From a virus, in IMG/VR virus record IMGVR_UViG_3300044858_001474, positions 2,465 through 66,464 of that record: DNA of 64,000 nucleotides, one strand, 5' to 3'. Numbering within the stretch: the first letter of the stretch is position 1; every line of letters starts with the position of its first letter. Positions 1-9,123 of this stretch are shown one piece after another. Made by a program: the position numbers and the translations under genes. Below the pieces are notes generated by a model that saw only the letters and a program-made list of their open reading frames with translations, searched no databases and was not told the origin of the DNA.

Positions 1-25
1 TTGCATGAATATATGCGTAAAACAT
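1..25 (-). CDS. 5' end of a gene running off the window (MFYAYIHA...), possibly a GIY-YIG/NUMOD homing endonuclease
   Basis: ATG at 25-23 with GGAG RBS at 34-37; FYAYIH resembles GIY-YIG N-termini; only 8 codons visible. Confidence 0.3.
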
Positions 26-50
26 TACTCAGTCTCCAATATTTTTAAAA

Positions 51-1817
51 TCAAAGTTTAGACAGATATTCTTTTAATCTAGTGAACGGGGCTTCCCAAT
101 CACCAAACTCCGTTTGACGGAGCAATCGCATACTGTCGTAATATGGAGTAGTTGCCAAGTTATATTCATCAACAGTATCAAGGGCATATAAAAAGTATGG
201 CATAATAGGGCAGATCACGATAGTAGAAATACCACAGGCAGCCGATAAGTGTGACACACTGGTACATGCCGATATGACTATGTCACAACTTGCTACAGCA
301 GCTCTAGTATCTTCCCAACTATCAAGGTGCACTTGCTTAACCCACATCGGAGTAGCCTCTACACCAGCATCTCTTTGCAGACTTATAAACTCGTAGTTAT
401 CGCTCTTAACAGCATCAAACATCAACTGGTAAGGAAACGCTTTGTGGTGCTCATGTTCAAACTGAGTAGAGCCTTGCCATCTTAGACCAATGCGTTTCTT
501 TCTTCCCTTTATTGTAACAGGTTTAGCTATATAAGGTGCACCACTAATATCTTCTAATTCAAAGCCTAACGGTACAATAGCACTCATACCAGCAACCCAA
601 AAGTCATGATAGATACCAAACACCGCTTCGTGCTGAATAACGCTAGATACACCCTCTACATTAACGAATAAAGACGCTAACTGACCAGAGCAAGCCACAA
701 TGACTTTACAACCCTTCTCAGCGATATACTTCGCATATCTTACTTGGTGTATTTGATCGCCTAGACCACCTTCAAGATTTAACAGCACAATGCCTTTAGT
801 CTTTCCATCCCACTGTGGTGTAGGTACATCGGGTTGTTTATTGCCAAAGACTCCAGCAACACGCCCTCTATCTAACAACTGATAACCTTTTTGAATCTGA
901 CCTTGTCTTAAGAGATACCAACCACGATTATAAGCAGCTCTATTGTTACTTGGTTCTGTAGCCTCTAACTTCTGCGCTATGCGCCAGCCTTCAGCAAAAT
1001 CACCTGTGGTAGATGCCGCTAATTGAAGATCCAAGTCATGTAAGTCGGGCATAGTTCTAGGCTTCTCTAACCAAAACTCAGGCTGGCAGAACGAACCGTA
1101 ATAAGAACCTAGCACATCTTTTGGGTGCTCATTGTGTTGTCTTTCAAGAACAGGTTTCACATCATGCATACCTTTAGTACCATGCAACTGCTCATCATCT
1201 TCAGCTACAGTAGAACCATCAATAGCATTAAAGTCGTATTCAAAATCAGGTAATTCTAAAAAGTCATGTATGCGTTGTAGTTGCTCTTTAGGATTAGCGA
1301 TTAAGTCATCATACTCAATAAATAAGAAGTTATCTGGTGCCGCTAAGTAACCGTTCTGTAGCGATATGTACGCAGCTTTTAAATGATCCATCAACTGCCC
1401 AGACTCCATAAACTCATCTAAATCTTCAGGCTTGGCAATACGTACAAACGATGCCGCACAATCAGGTACAGAACGAACAGTTGCAATAATCTTTGGTTGG
1501 TGCCCTAATACTTGAGCCATAGCAGACATTATCTGCGCAATAGGCCAGCCACGAGACTTATCAATAATAACGGGCTTATCTACATCTTCATAAAAGGCAT
1601 CAATCGCACCACGCATAGTTTGCGCTAACTTCTTACGCTCTGGGTCATTTTCATTTAGTAAACCAGCAGAGTGCCATGTGTTCGCCAAACCATCAAGAGC
1701 ATGAACAAGACCTGATGTAGTAGATACATGGGTCTGTGAATTTTGGTTAAGTATAGCTGCAAGTACCGTAGAACCTGAACGTGGCACACCTGATAGGAAA
1801 TGTAGAGTCTTTTTCAT
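51..1817 (-). CDS. Sulfotransferase + TPR-like + GT9 (heptosyltransferase-like) glycosyltransferase fusion
   Basis: N-terminal PAPS-binding GVPRSGSTVL, DKSR and IEYDDL motifs; AYNRGWYLL TPR-like segment; EGGLGDQI, IGLRWQGS and DIVISACTSVSHLSAA GT9-like motifs. Confidence 0.8.
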   Translation of the reverse strand: MKKTLHFLSGVPRSGSTVLAAILNQNSQTHVSTTSGLVHALDGLANTWHSAGLLNENDPERKKLAQTMRGAIDAFYEDVDKPVIIDKSRGWPIAQIMSAMAQVLGHQPKIIATVRSVPDCAASFVRIAKPEDLDEFMESGQLMDHLKAAYISLQNGYLAAPDNFLFIEYDDLIANPKEQLQRIHDFLELPDFEYDFNAIDGSTVAEDDEQLHGTKGMHDVKPVLERQHNEHPKDVLGSYYGSFCQPEFWLEKPRTMPDLHDLDLQLAASTTGDFAEGWRIAQKLEATEPSNNRAAYNRGWYLLRQGQIQKGYQLLDRGRVAGVFGNKQPDVPTPQWDGKTKGIVLLNLEGGLGDQIHQVRYAKYIAEKGCKVIVACSGQLASLFVNVEGVSSVIQHEAVFGIYHDFWVAGMSAIVPLGFELEDISGAPYIAKPVTIKGRKKRIGLRWQGSTQFEHEHHKAFPYQLMFDAVKSDNYEFISLQRDAGVEATPMWVKQVHLDSWEDTRAAVASCDIVISACTSVSHLSAACGISTIVICPIMPYFLYALDTVDEYNLATTPYYDSMRLLRQTEFGDWEAPFTRLKEYLSKL

Positions 1818-1865
1818 ATACTAATCTCGTTATGTTTTTTACAAGGGTATATAGTATACATTAAA

Positions 1866-3077
1866 TTATCTGGTTATCACTATAGTGAAAGCAGTAGCCG
1901 CGCTTATTTTACTCCAGTTAGTAAGAGCGCCTACTTGTTTGGGGCTTGAGTAGTTAGTTATATTGCCTAGACCCAACTGCCCTTGAGCGTTACCTCCCCA
2001 AGCCCAAAGCGCACCATCGGTTTTAACGGCCATAGTGTGGCCATTCCCACATGCTATATTTGACCAAATTGTAAGAGCTCCTACTTGTACGGGACTTGAA
2101 CGGACAGTTGTATTACCTAAACCTAACTGACCACTATTATTTCTACCCCAAGCCCAAAGGGTTCCATCGGTTTTAGTCATTGTGGTAAAGTAAGACCCCG
2201 CACTCATATTAAGCCAAGTAGTAAGTGCACCTACTTGTTTTGGGCTTGAGTAGTAAGTTATATTTCCTAGGCCTAATTGCCCAAAGTTATTTTTACCCCA
2301 AGACCATAATGTGCCATCTGTTTTAGTTGCTAGGGTGTGGAATGATCCCGTTATATTCAACCAAGTTGTAAGAGCACCTACTTGTTTAGGGCTTGAGTAG
2401 TTAGTTGTATTACCTAGACCTAAAACACCATCTAACCCTCTTCCCCAAGACCACAAGGTTCCATTTGATTTTACAGCTAAGGAATAATACCTCCCCCCAG
2501 CTACTTTTGACCAGTTGGTGAGGGTTCCTACTTGCTTAGGGCTTGAGTAATTAGTAGTGTTGCCTAGACCTAATGGCCCCCCATCAATAGCGGCATTATA
2601 TCCCCAAGACCATAGGGTGCCATCAGTTTTAACAGCTAAAGAATGATAGTCCCCACACGCTATATTCGACCAAGTTGTAAGAGCACCTACTTGCTTAGGG
2701 GAAGAATAACTAGTTGTATTACCTAGGCCTAATTGTCCAAAGTTATTTTGGCCCCAAGACCATAGAGTCCCATCTGTTTTAGTTGCAACGGCATAATAAC
2801 TTCCGCATGCTATATTTAACCAAGTTATTAACGCCCCTACTTGCTTCGGACTTGAGTAGTTAGTTATGTTACTTAGGCCTAACTGACCATTATTATTTTG
2901 ACCCCAAGAATATAAACCTCTTACAAAACCATCGGGCCAAGTTCCCGCAGCTACGGCTTGCATTTGACTCTGTGGGGTCCACATGCCTGAATATCGTACG
3001 TAGGTTCCTCCCACAGGAGCAGCCAAAGGGTTAAAGAGACCGTCTTGTATCCAGCCACCGAGATATCTTCGCGACAT
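1866..3077 (-). CDS. RCC1/BLIP-II repeat beta-propeller protein, probably virion-associated
   Basis: Seven repeats of about 52 aa, consensus DGTLWSWGxNxxGQLGLGNTTNYSSPKQVGALTxW. Confidence 0.9.
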   Translation of the reverse strand: MSRRYLGGWIQDGLFNPLAAPVGGTYVRYSGMWTPQSQMQAVAAGTWPDGFVRGLYSWGQNNNGQLGLSNITNYSSPKQVGALITWLNIACGSYYAVATKTDGTLWSWGQNNFGQLGLGNTTSYSSPKQVGALTTWSNIACGDYHSLAVKTDGTLWSWGYNAAIDGGPLGLGNTTNYSSPKQVGTLTNWSKVAGGRYYSLAVKSNGTLWSWGRGLDGVLGLGNTTNYSSPKQVGALTTWLNITGSFHTLATKTDGTLWSWGKNNFGQLGLGNITYYSSPKQVGALTTWLNMSAGSYFTTMTKTDGTLWAWGRNNSGQLGLGNTTVRSSPVQVGALTIWSNIACGNGHTMAVKTDGALWAWGGNAQGQLGLGNITNYSSPKQVGALTNWSKISAATAFTIVITR

Positions 3078-3087
3078 TCTAAGCTCC

Positions 3088-3459
3088 TTAAGAAATTTCT
3101 TCCCATGAAGCTGTTACCACCAAAGCAGTAGATGTGCCCGCAGTAGCGCCAACAGACTTATCTTCAAGCAAATAAAATGTTGTAGTTTTGTCTGTTACGA
3201 TCAATGAAGCATAAGCTGGCACTGAGATAGTTGAAGCTATTGGAAATGCTGTACCACCTAGAGCCGCTGCGCTATACACGTTAATAGTGATGTTAGCTGC
3301 TGAAGCAGAGGTGTTAGCTACGACAATAGAGTCTATTTTATAGACCTTACCACTTGAGGCTGCATTACTTACTAGAGAAGTTGCAGATGTTGTAGTTAGT
3401 GAAGTTGTACTGGTGTTACCGTAGATTGTAGTAACTGCCACTATATTTGGATTTGCCAT
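3088..3459 (-). CDS. Putative tail/virion structural protein
   Basis: Ser/Thr/Ala-rich beta protein ending in WEEIS, in the tail cluster. Confidence 0.6.
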   Translation of the reverse strand: MANPNIVAVTTIYGNTSTTSLTTTSATSLVSNAASSGKVYKIDSIVVANTSASAANITINVYSAAALGGTAFPIASTISVPAYASLIVTDKTTTFYLLEDKSVGATAGTSTALVVTASWEEIS

Positions 3460-3468
3460 CGTTGTTCC

Positions 3469-4569
3469 TTAAAAGCCAAAAATCATAGCCATAGCAATGG
3501 CTTTACCTGTTGTTATACCTGCAGTAGCTGCAGTTGTTTGCGTTGTCCCATCTGGAAATTTAACACCCCCTGTCGTAGATTCTATTGTACCTGCAACCGA
3601 TAACTTTTGAGCAGGACTACTCGTCCCAATCCCCACGTTGCCTGAGGAGTCGATGCGCATGCGTTCTGAGCCACCACCAAAAACAAGTGTTTCTCCTGTA
3701 TCTAAAAACTGTAGGTGTTTTCTTGTATCGGTGACATTTACTAAATAAGAACCACCAACAAAACTTCCAAGGCTCCAAACTTTACTGCTTGTTTTTTGCC
3801 AAGCCACAGCATATTCCGCGGAGTTGGAATTGACTAGAAACCTTTCAGTAGGACTACTCGTCCCAATTCCCACGTTGCCGGAAGCATCTTTATACAACTG
3901 ACCTGAGCCTATGTTCAGTATGCCTGTAGATCCTGTGAGTGTACCTGTGTAAGCTAGGTTAGCGGTATTGACTGTTCCTGTAAATGTGGGGGAAGCACTT
4001 AATACAACAGAACCAGACCCAGTGCTTGTAGTAACTCCTGTACCGCCATTTAAAACGGGCAGTGTGCCTGAAACCTGAGTTGTTAAGCTTACACCTGATA
4101 GGGTGCCACCTAGTGTTATATCGCCTGAAGTAGTAACGGTGCCTGTAAGCGTAATACCATTAACTGTGCCTGTGCCACCTACCGATGTAACTGTACCAAC
4201 AGTATTAGCTATCCAAGAAGGATTAGTCCCGTCAGTAGAGAGAATCTTAGTGCTGTTTCCAGTTTGATCTGGTAGTAAGGCAGGGACAGGAGCCGTACAA
4301 AACACACGTTTAGATACAGAGGTAAATACAACTAAGGCATTAGCATTGCTTGATTCAAGAACGGTAGAGCGTGTCAGCGTTCCAGTACCTACAGTACCAT
4401 AACCTACTTCCCAATTTCCTAAGCCGTCATCTATAGTGTAATAGACTACGTTACCGTTACTAAAAGCTGAATTAAATGTCCTATAACCCGTTAATGCCCC
4501 TGCAAGGGTCAGTGTTCCTGTCCCCGCAGTTATGGATGATTCTAATACTCGATCAGCTAGTAAGGGCAT
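3469..4569 (-). CDS. Tail fiber-like protein
   Basis: Gly/Thr-rich; two SGNVGIGTSSP motifs, FPDGTTQTTA, C-terminal GKAIAMAMIFG. Confidence 0.8.
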   Translation of the reverse strand: MPLLADRVLESSITAGTGTLTLAGALTGYRTFNSAFSNGNVVYYTIDDGLGNWEVGYGTVGTGTLTRSTVLESSNANALVVFTSVSKRVFCTAPVPALLPDQTGNSTKILSTDGTNPSWIANTVGTVTSVGGTGTVNGITLTGTVTTSGDITLGGTLSGVSLTTQVSGTLPVLNGGTGVTTSTGSGSVVLSASPTFTGTVNTANLAYTGTLTGSTGILNIGSGQLYKDASGNVGIGTSSPTERFLVNSNSAEYAVAWQKTSSKVWSLGSFVGGSYLVNVTDTRKHLQFLDTGETLVFGGGSERMRIDSSGNVGIGTSSPAQKLSVAGTIESTTGGVKFPDGTTQTTAATAGITTGKAIAMAMIFGF

Positions 4570-4584
4570 TTATATACCTACAGA

Positions 4585-5019
4585 CTAATTTAAAATTAAA
4601 ACAGCAGTTGTGGTTGTAGCTGGCGGGAATATAACTGAGAAGTCCCCATTAGTAGAAGTAAAGTCTCCACCAAAGTTAAATACCGCTACGGCTTTATTGC
4701 TGCTCGAAGTGTCATATATTAAAGCACCTGCAGCTGTAAACGTAGCTGTAGTCCAAGTAACATCGTCAAAGTCAATAAATGCAATCGCACCTGATAGTGT
4801 TATACCAAGATTAGTTAGAGTCTTACCCCCAGTTGTATAGCCTGTACCAGAGCTTGAAACTTCACCTGTCGCTGTGTATACAGTAGTAGCAGAATCTAAA
4901 CTAGCCGCTGAAGTATATAAAGCTATTTTAAATGTGTTACCGCCGACCGCTTTAAAGTTGTGTTCTGCGCCTAATAGTTCACTTTTGAACGTGCTACAAA
5001 TTGCCTGTGTGATAGCCAT
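4585..5019 (-). CDS. Conserved phage structural protein
   Basis: MAITQAIC..FKIALYT..GYTTGG..GALIY pattern typical of tail-region proteins. Confidence 0.65.
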   Translation of the reverse strand: MAITQAICSTFKSELLGAEHNFKAVGGNTFKIALYTSAASLDSATTVYTATGEVSSSGTGYTTGGKTLTNLGITLSGAIAFIDFDDVTWTTATFTAAGALIYDTSSSNKAVAVFNFGGDFTSTNGDFSVIFPPATTTTAVLILN

Positions 5020-5021
5020 TG

Positions 5022-5120
5022 CTATTCTTCCTCTTCAATAACTTCCTCAACCACTTCTGGCTCAGGGTTTGTAATTACGATAGCTACGCTGTTTAGCATA
5101 ACCTTTGCTTGTTCACTCAT
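5022..5120 (-). CDS. Small acidic hypothetical protein (32 aa), not in ORF track
   Basis: MSEQAKVMLNSVAIVITNPEPEVVEEVIEEEE*; fills the gap between flanking genes. Confidence 0.45.
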   Translation of the reverse strand: MSEQAKVMLNSVAIVITNPEPEVVEEVIEEEE

Positions 5121-5130
5121 TCCACTCATA

Positions 5131-5793
5131 TTAAACTACCTTATCTCTTACTTGGGTTACACGATATGTATCTTGTCGATCTTTGCCATCACCTAATTGT
5201 TTGAGGAGACCCATAGCTTCTTGGTACTTCTGTTGGTAAGCTTGAATAAGATCTGGCTCGCCCTTCATGTATATATAAGCTTCGACCAAAGACCCCCACA
5301 ACAATACGTTAGGAAAGTTATTACCCAGCCAGCTTGTACCTGCGTCTACTATAGACTGCGGATACGCGTAATAGTGCATCTCAACCGAGTACTCTTCATC
5401 AGGTGTAGGACCTAATATAAAAGAAGAATTATCAAATATGCCATAGTATTGAGGCACTCCAGAAACACCCGGATAAGGATAGGCTTCTCTTATGTATTCA
5501 ACATCTTTTTGGTATAAGTAAGTTTGAGTAGTTTGAGGTACTAGATTTACTATAGTTGTAGTAAATACGGATAAGGCATATACTGACAAGAAGTCAGGAG
5601 GAAGCGCTACATAAGGAAAATTGGCTGTTGTCACACCCGTAACATTAGTACGAAAAGCAGGTAACTGCACAGAGTTATTAACCAAAGTCTCTGCATTTTG
5701 TACAAAGTTAGGTATGTTAGCTACAAATGTAGCTTCTGTTACTTCAGTGTATTGCTGTATAGCCGTACTAAGTTGCGTGTATGTAAGACTCAT
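5131..5793 (-). CDS. Head-tail adaptor/tail tubular-type protein
   Basis: GVPQYYG..ILGPTPD..Y..HYYAYP and LLWGSLVEAY motifs; position. Confidence 0.65.
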   Translation of the reverse strand: MSLTYTQLSTAIQQYTEVTEATFVANIPNFVQNAETLVNNSVQLPAFRTNVTGVTTANFPYVALPPDFLSVYALSVFTTTIVNLVPQTTQTYLYQKDVEYIREAYPYPGVSGVPQYYGIFDNSSFILGPTPDEEYSVEMHYYAYPQSIVDAGTSWLGNNFPNVLLWGSLVEAYIYMKGEPDLIQAYQQKYQEAMGLLKQLGDGKDRQDTYRVTQVRDKVV

Positions 5794-5795
5794 TA

Positions 5796-5963
5796 TTAGC
5801 CCATTTTACTAGAAGCCATAGTGCCTTTAGTAGCAGCACCTGTACCACGTACTTTAATAGTTTTTTTGTTTTCTATTTGCACAGGGTATCCATTGCCTAC
5901 AGGAGTAGGTACAGACTTAACGCCTTTATACTCAGCAGACCCTTCAATATGTTGCTTAGCCAT
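5796..5963 (-). CDS. Small basic virion-type protein (55 aa), not in ORF track
   Basis: MAKQHIEG...KVRGTGAATKGTMASSKMG*; start overlaps the upstream stop. Confidence 0.65.
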   Translation of the reverse strand: MAKQHIEGSAEYKGVKSVPTPVGNGYPVQIENKKTIKVRGTGAATKGTMASSKMG

Positions 5964-6205
5964 TATCGACCTCTACCTGAACTTTTTTGATTCATAGCAC
6001 GAGCTACATTACGACCCATTTTCTTAGCATCCATAGATGTGATGCCGCCTTTTTTAAGACCCTTCATAGATTTTTGTTTGTCATGCTTAGCGTCTTTTGA
6101 GCTTTTCTCCCAGTCAGACATAGACATCTTGTTTTTCTTTGCAAGGACTTTGTCTTCTTTAACGTCTTTAGCTGAACCTTCAAAACTAGCCATATTATAC
6201 CTCAA
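5963..6205 (-). CDS. Small Lys-rich protein (KKGG motif)
   Basis: ORF track; real start probably MASFEG. Confidence 0.6.
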   Translation of the reverse strand: MRYNMASFEGSAKDVKEDKVLAKKNKMSMSDWEKSSKDAKHDKQKSMKGLKKGGITSMDAKKMGRNVARAMNQKSSGRGR

Positions 6206-6537
6206 TCAATTCTAATAAACACGCTATTCAACGTGGTGTTAATGGTCTGTGTTGCCACAGGGTTATAAGCAAATAGGCCTCTGGAGGCATTTAAGTTTAC
6301 GTCTGGTCTTGGGTTGCGTAAAGCCTGTGGATCATTTGCTACTTTTTGAGCGCCTATTATACCAACCCAATTTTGTGGGTGGTCGCCACCAACTTTGTCC
6401 ATGCACTCTGGACATACACGCATATTTACCCGTTTACCTATAATAACATAGGTTTTTATCTTCTTTAACGCGTATCTAAACCCGCAACGATCACAAAAGC
6501 CAAATGCCCGTTTTTCTCCAGCAAAAGGAGTACCCAC
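6202..6537 (-). CDS. Zn-finger (CDRC...CPEC) conserved phage protein
   Basis: CxxC pairs and DPQALRNPRPD motif. Confidence 0.65.
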   Translation of the reverse strand: MGTPFAGEKRAFGFCDRCGFRYALKKIKTYVIIGKRVNMRVCPECMDKVGGDHPQNWVGIIGAQKVANDPQALRNPRPDVNLNASRGLFAYNPVATQTINTTLNSVFIRID

Positions 6538-7242
6538 TTACCAGCCCCCGCCGCCTACGCTACCTATATTAGGTACAAATCTAAAAGACACTCGTTGACG
6601 ATCTTCATCAGCCGCCAGTTCAAAAGCCTCATCATAGAGTTGTTTAAGCATAGGAATTTTACTTTCTGCTTCTGGTGTTTTAAGAGCCAAGTTGTAGGCT
6701 AGTCCAGCAGTCATAGCTTCTAAGAATCTAAAGGGTATATCTAATGTATTAGACCCCGGAGCGCCAGTGTCTTGAAGTCTACGTAAGCGCCAATAAACTA
6801 AAGTGTATCCAGTTTGACTAGGTAAAGGCCATATCTTAGCTGTGGGTGTAGGAGTCTGCCTATCAACAAATATCTGTATAGGTCTGCCCTGAGTTAGTTT
6901 ATTTGGTATTGTTGCGTATGTAGAAACACTTATACGGCCTATCTGTAGGTCTACTTGATTAGAAGTACTACCGGGGTTTTGACGTATCACAGTCTCTATT
7001 AAATCAACCGTATCATCAGGTAAATCATACGTACCAACACCTACTAACAAAGGGAACTCCCCTTGCTCAATAGTCCATAGGTTCAAGCCTTTATTAGCCC
7101 AAGAAGCCAACAAGTAATTTAAAGACCTTCTAGCCGTTCTAAATTGATAGCCTGTACGTACTTCTATACCAACACGTTCGTATGCCTCTTCGACTATTTC
7201 AGCTATATCTGGATTGAATGTGGCAAGTCCTGAAGTGCTCAT
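6538..7242 (-). CDS. Head-to-tail connector / tail tubular A-like protein
   Basis: EEAYER..ARRSLN..WANKGLNLWT..IWPLP..PFRF..GLAY pattern; position. Confidence 0.65.
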   Translation of the reverse strand: MSTSGLATFNPDIAEIVEEAYERVGIEVRTGYQFRTARRSLNYLLASWANKGLNLWTIEQGEFPLLVGVGTYDLPDDTVDLIETVIRQNPGSTSNQVDLQIGRISVSTYATIPNKLTQGRPIQIFVDRQTPTPTAKIWPLPSQTGYTLVYWRLRRLQDTGAPGSNTLDIPFRFLEAMTAGLAYNLALKTPEAESKIPMLKQLYDEAFELAADEDRQRVSFRFVPNIGSVGGGGW

Positions 7243-7247
7243 GGTTT

Positions 7248-7529
7248 TTAAGCCCAGAAAGCAGTGATTGCATCTACATTGGACATCTGAACATATATAC
7301 TAGTAGGGAATAAAACACCTTCACCGGGAACCAATACATAAATAGTAAATGTGTCGCTAGTACCTACATCTAATTCTACAAGAATCGTACCGGATGCACT
7401 ACCGTCTCTAACCCTAACATACCCTGCTGTACCATTTCCGCGGTAAGAAATAGACTTTAATCTAGCTCTATCAGTAGTTACCGCACCGCTTGATGCCCTG
7501 TGGGTAGAATTTACATCTGTCTGTTGCAT
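7248..7529 (-). CDS. Small structural protein
   Basis: Beta-rich, VPGEGVLF motif. Confidence 0.55.
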   Translation of the reverse strand: MQQTDVNSTHRASSGAVTTDRARLKSISYRGNGTAGYVRVRDGSASGTILVELDVGTSDTFTIYVLVPGEGVLFPTSIYVQMSNVDAITAFWA

Positions 7530-7535
7530 GTTCTT

Positions 7536-7976
7536 TTACCTTTGTTGTGGTCGTTGTACGGGCATCGAAGTAGGATTGCCCTGAATTTGTAGTCCTTGTT
7601 GAGGCATGTACTGAGACAGACTTGGTGGTTGTCCTTGCAATGGGGTTTGCATTTGAGTCACTGGCTGTCCGCCTATACCTGCATCACTACCGCTATTATC
7701 ATACCCCATATTATTAACAGGAGACATTCCGCCTGTATCGGGACTAGGTTCGCTTTGTACAGGTGGAAGTGTGTTAGACATACCTTGTGGTTGATTAGGT
7801 TGCCCTTGTTGCGGGTAACTCATAAAATTGGAATTAGGAGAGGCAAAGTTATTGTACGCACTCTGAGTATTAAACTGAGGTGTTGGGTTTGCTTGCCCTA
7901 ACTGTGGAGGTTGTGGACCTCCAAACCCTTGACCTATAATTCCACCATCTGCGTAACCTTGTCCTCCCCCAGCCAT
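7536..7976 (-). CDS. Gln/Pro/Gly-rich low-complexity protein (YADGG motif)
   Basis: ORF track; coupled to upstream gene. Confidence 0.55.
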   Translation of the reverse strand: MAGGGQGYADGGIIGQGFGGPQPPQLGQANPTPQFNTQSAYNNFASPNSNFMSYPQQGQPNQPQGMSNTLPPVQSEPSPDTGGMSPVNNMGYDNSGSDAGIGGQPVTQMQTPLQGQPPSLSQYMPQQGLQIQGNPTSMPVQRPQQR

Positions 7977-8257
7977 TAGATCATCCTACCTTTTGTATGA
8001 CCTTTAATAGCACAACCATCACCACGAGAAGCTGAACCGCCTTTAGCATAGCCTTTACAAGAACCCCCAGCTTTTTTACCTTTGTAGTAGTCTGGACCAC
8101 TAAATTTTTCATACGGTGAATCGCCAATACCAAACTTCTTGCTTACACCTGCCTCATACTTATCTCGTTTATCAAGCATCTCTCTATCAATGTCAGCTTG
8201 ACCATAAGCAGTTTTAGCTTGGTCTTTTTTTACTTTGTCTTCTACTTTAGTAGCCAT
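7976..8257 (-). CDS. Small basic protein (KAGG/YAKGG, RGDGCAIKG)
   Basis: ORF track; coupled start/stop. Confidence 0.65.
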   Translation of the reverse strand: MATKVEDKVKKDQAKTAYGQADIDREMLDKRDKYEAGVSKKFGIGDSPYEKFSGPDYYKGKKAGGSCKGYAKGGSASRGDGCAIKGHTKGRMI

Positions 8258-8562
8258 TAGCAGATCTTCCCACGAGTTCGGCCTTTCTTAACAATGCCAT
8301 CGACACTGCCACCTTTGTACATACCTCTGCAAGCAGATCCACCTTTCTTCATAGCTGAAGTTGGAGAACCCGGAACAGCACCTAAACCCGCAGAACGCAT
8401 AGCACCTATTTGAGCCATATCTGGAGTTGGAGCTCGTTTAGTTACTTTAGCTTTAAGTGTATCTTTTTTCTTTAATGGGGCCATGCCCGCTTTTAACTTA
8501 GTCATTTTGTTTCCTCTAGCCTTTTCTTGTATATCAGAAATACCGCGTGATGGGCGAGTCAT
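8257..8562 (-). CDS. Small basic protein (MKKGG/MYKGG)
   Basis: ORF track; C-terminus resembles that of 7976..8257. Confidence 0.65.
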   Translation of the reverse strand: MTRPSRGISDIQEKARGNKMTKLKAGMAPLKKKDTLKAKVTKRAPTPDMAQIGAMRSAGLGAVPGSPTSAMKKGGSACRGMYKGGSVDGIVKKGRTRGKIC

Positions 8563-8579
8563 ATTACCTTCCCGTTAGT

Positions 8580-8846
8580 TTACTTACTACCACAGTTCCA
8601 CCTTTTTAGTGAGGCTGCTTTGCGTGTAGGTTTGCCGTTCTCATCTTTCATAGGCCCCGGCATTCCACTCATACGTGCGCAGAAGGACTTTTTACGCGGT
8701 CCCCCTTGTGGTTGTGGGGCTTTAAGATTAGATCCTGTAGCTGCATTGTACTTGGCTCTGCCTTTTGCGGTCAAACCTGCACCTTTAGATACTGGAAGTT
8801 TTTCACCTCTACCAACAGCTAAATTTGGAGCTTTTTTAGTAGCCAT
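8580..8846 (-). CDS. Conserved small basic phage protein (DUF6321-like)
   Basis: GLTAKGRAKYN..KSFCARM..SLKRWNC. Confidence 0.6.
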   Translation of the reverse strand: MATKKAPNLAVGRGEKLPVSKGAGLTAKGRAKYNAATGSNLKAPQPQGGPRKKSFCARMSGMPGPMKDENGKPTRKAASLKRWNCGSK

Positions 8847-8847
8847 A

Positions 8848-9105
8848 TTAACTCCTTGCGAGATCTATTATCCAAGACATACTAGCCCCTATTGCAGCAC
8901 CTATACCACCAAAGATCATGAACATACGCCACCCACCTTTAGCTTCAGACAGGGTTTTACTGATTTCTTTTATGGCTTCTTTTATCTCATCCATATCTTT
9001 AATCATTTTGTCCATGTCATTTTGCAAGTGTTTTATGTCCGCACTGTGGGTAGCGAGCTCCCGCGCCGTTTGTATCACTGGATCTGAAGCTCTTTGATGT
9101 TCCAC
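8848..9105 (-). CDS. Coiled-coil protein with C-terminal transmembrane helix
   Basis: Heptads followed by GGWRMFMIFGGIGAAIG. Confidence 0.6.
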   Translation of the reverse strand: MEHQRASDPVIQTARELATHSADIKHLQNDMDKMIKDMDEIKEAIKEISKTLSEAKGGWRMFMIFGGIGAAIGASMSWIIDLARS

Positions 9106-9123
9106 AAGCTACCTACCTATTTC

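Noticed and set aside
1866-3077. Regular DNA repeats suggesting a CRISPR array or DGR
   Set aside because: They are in-frame RCC1 protein repeats; no spacers, cas genes, reverse transcriptase or template repeat seen
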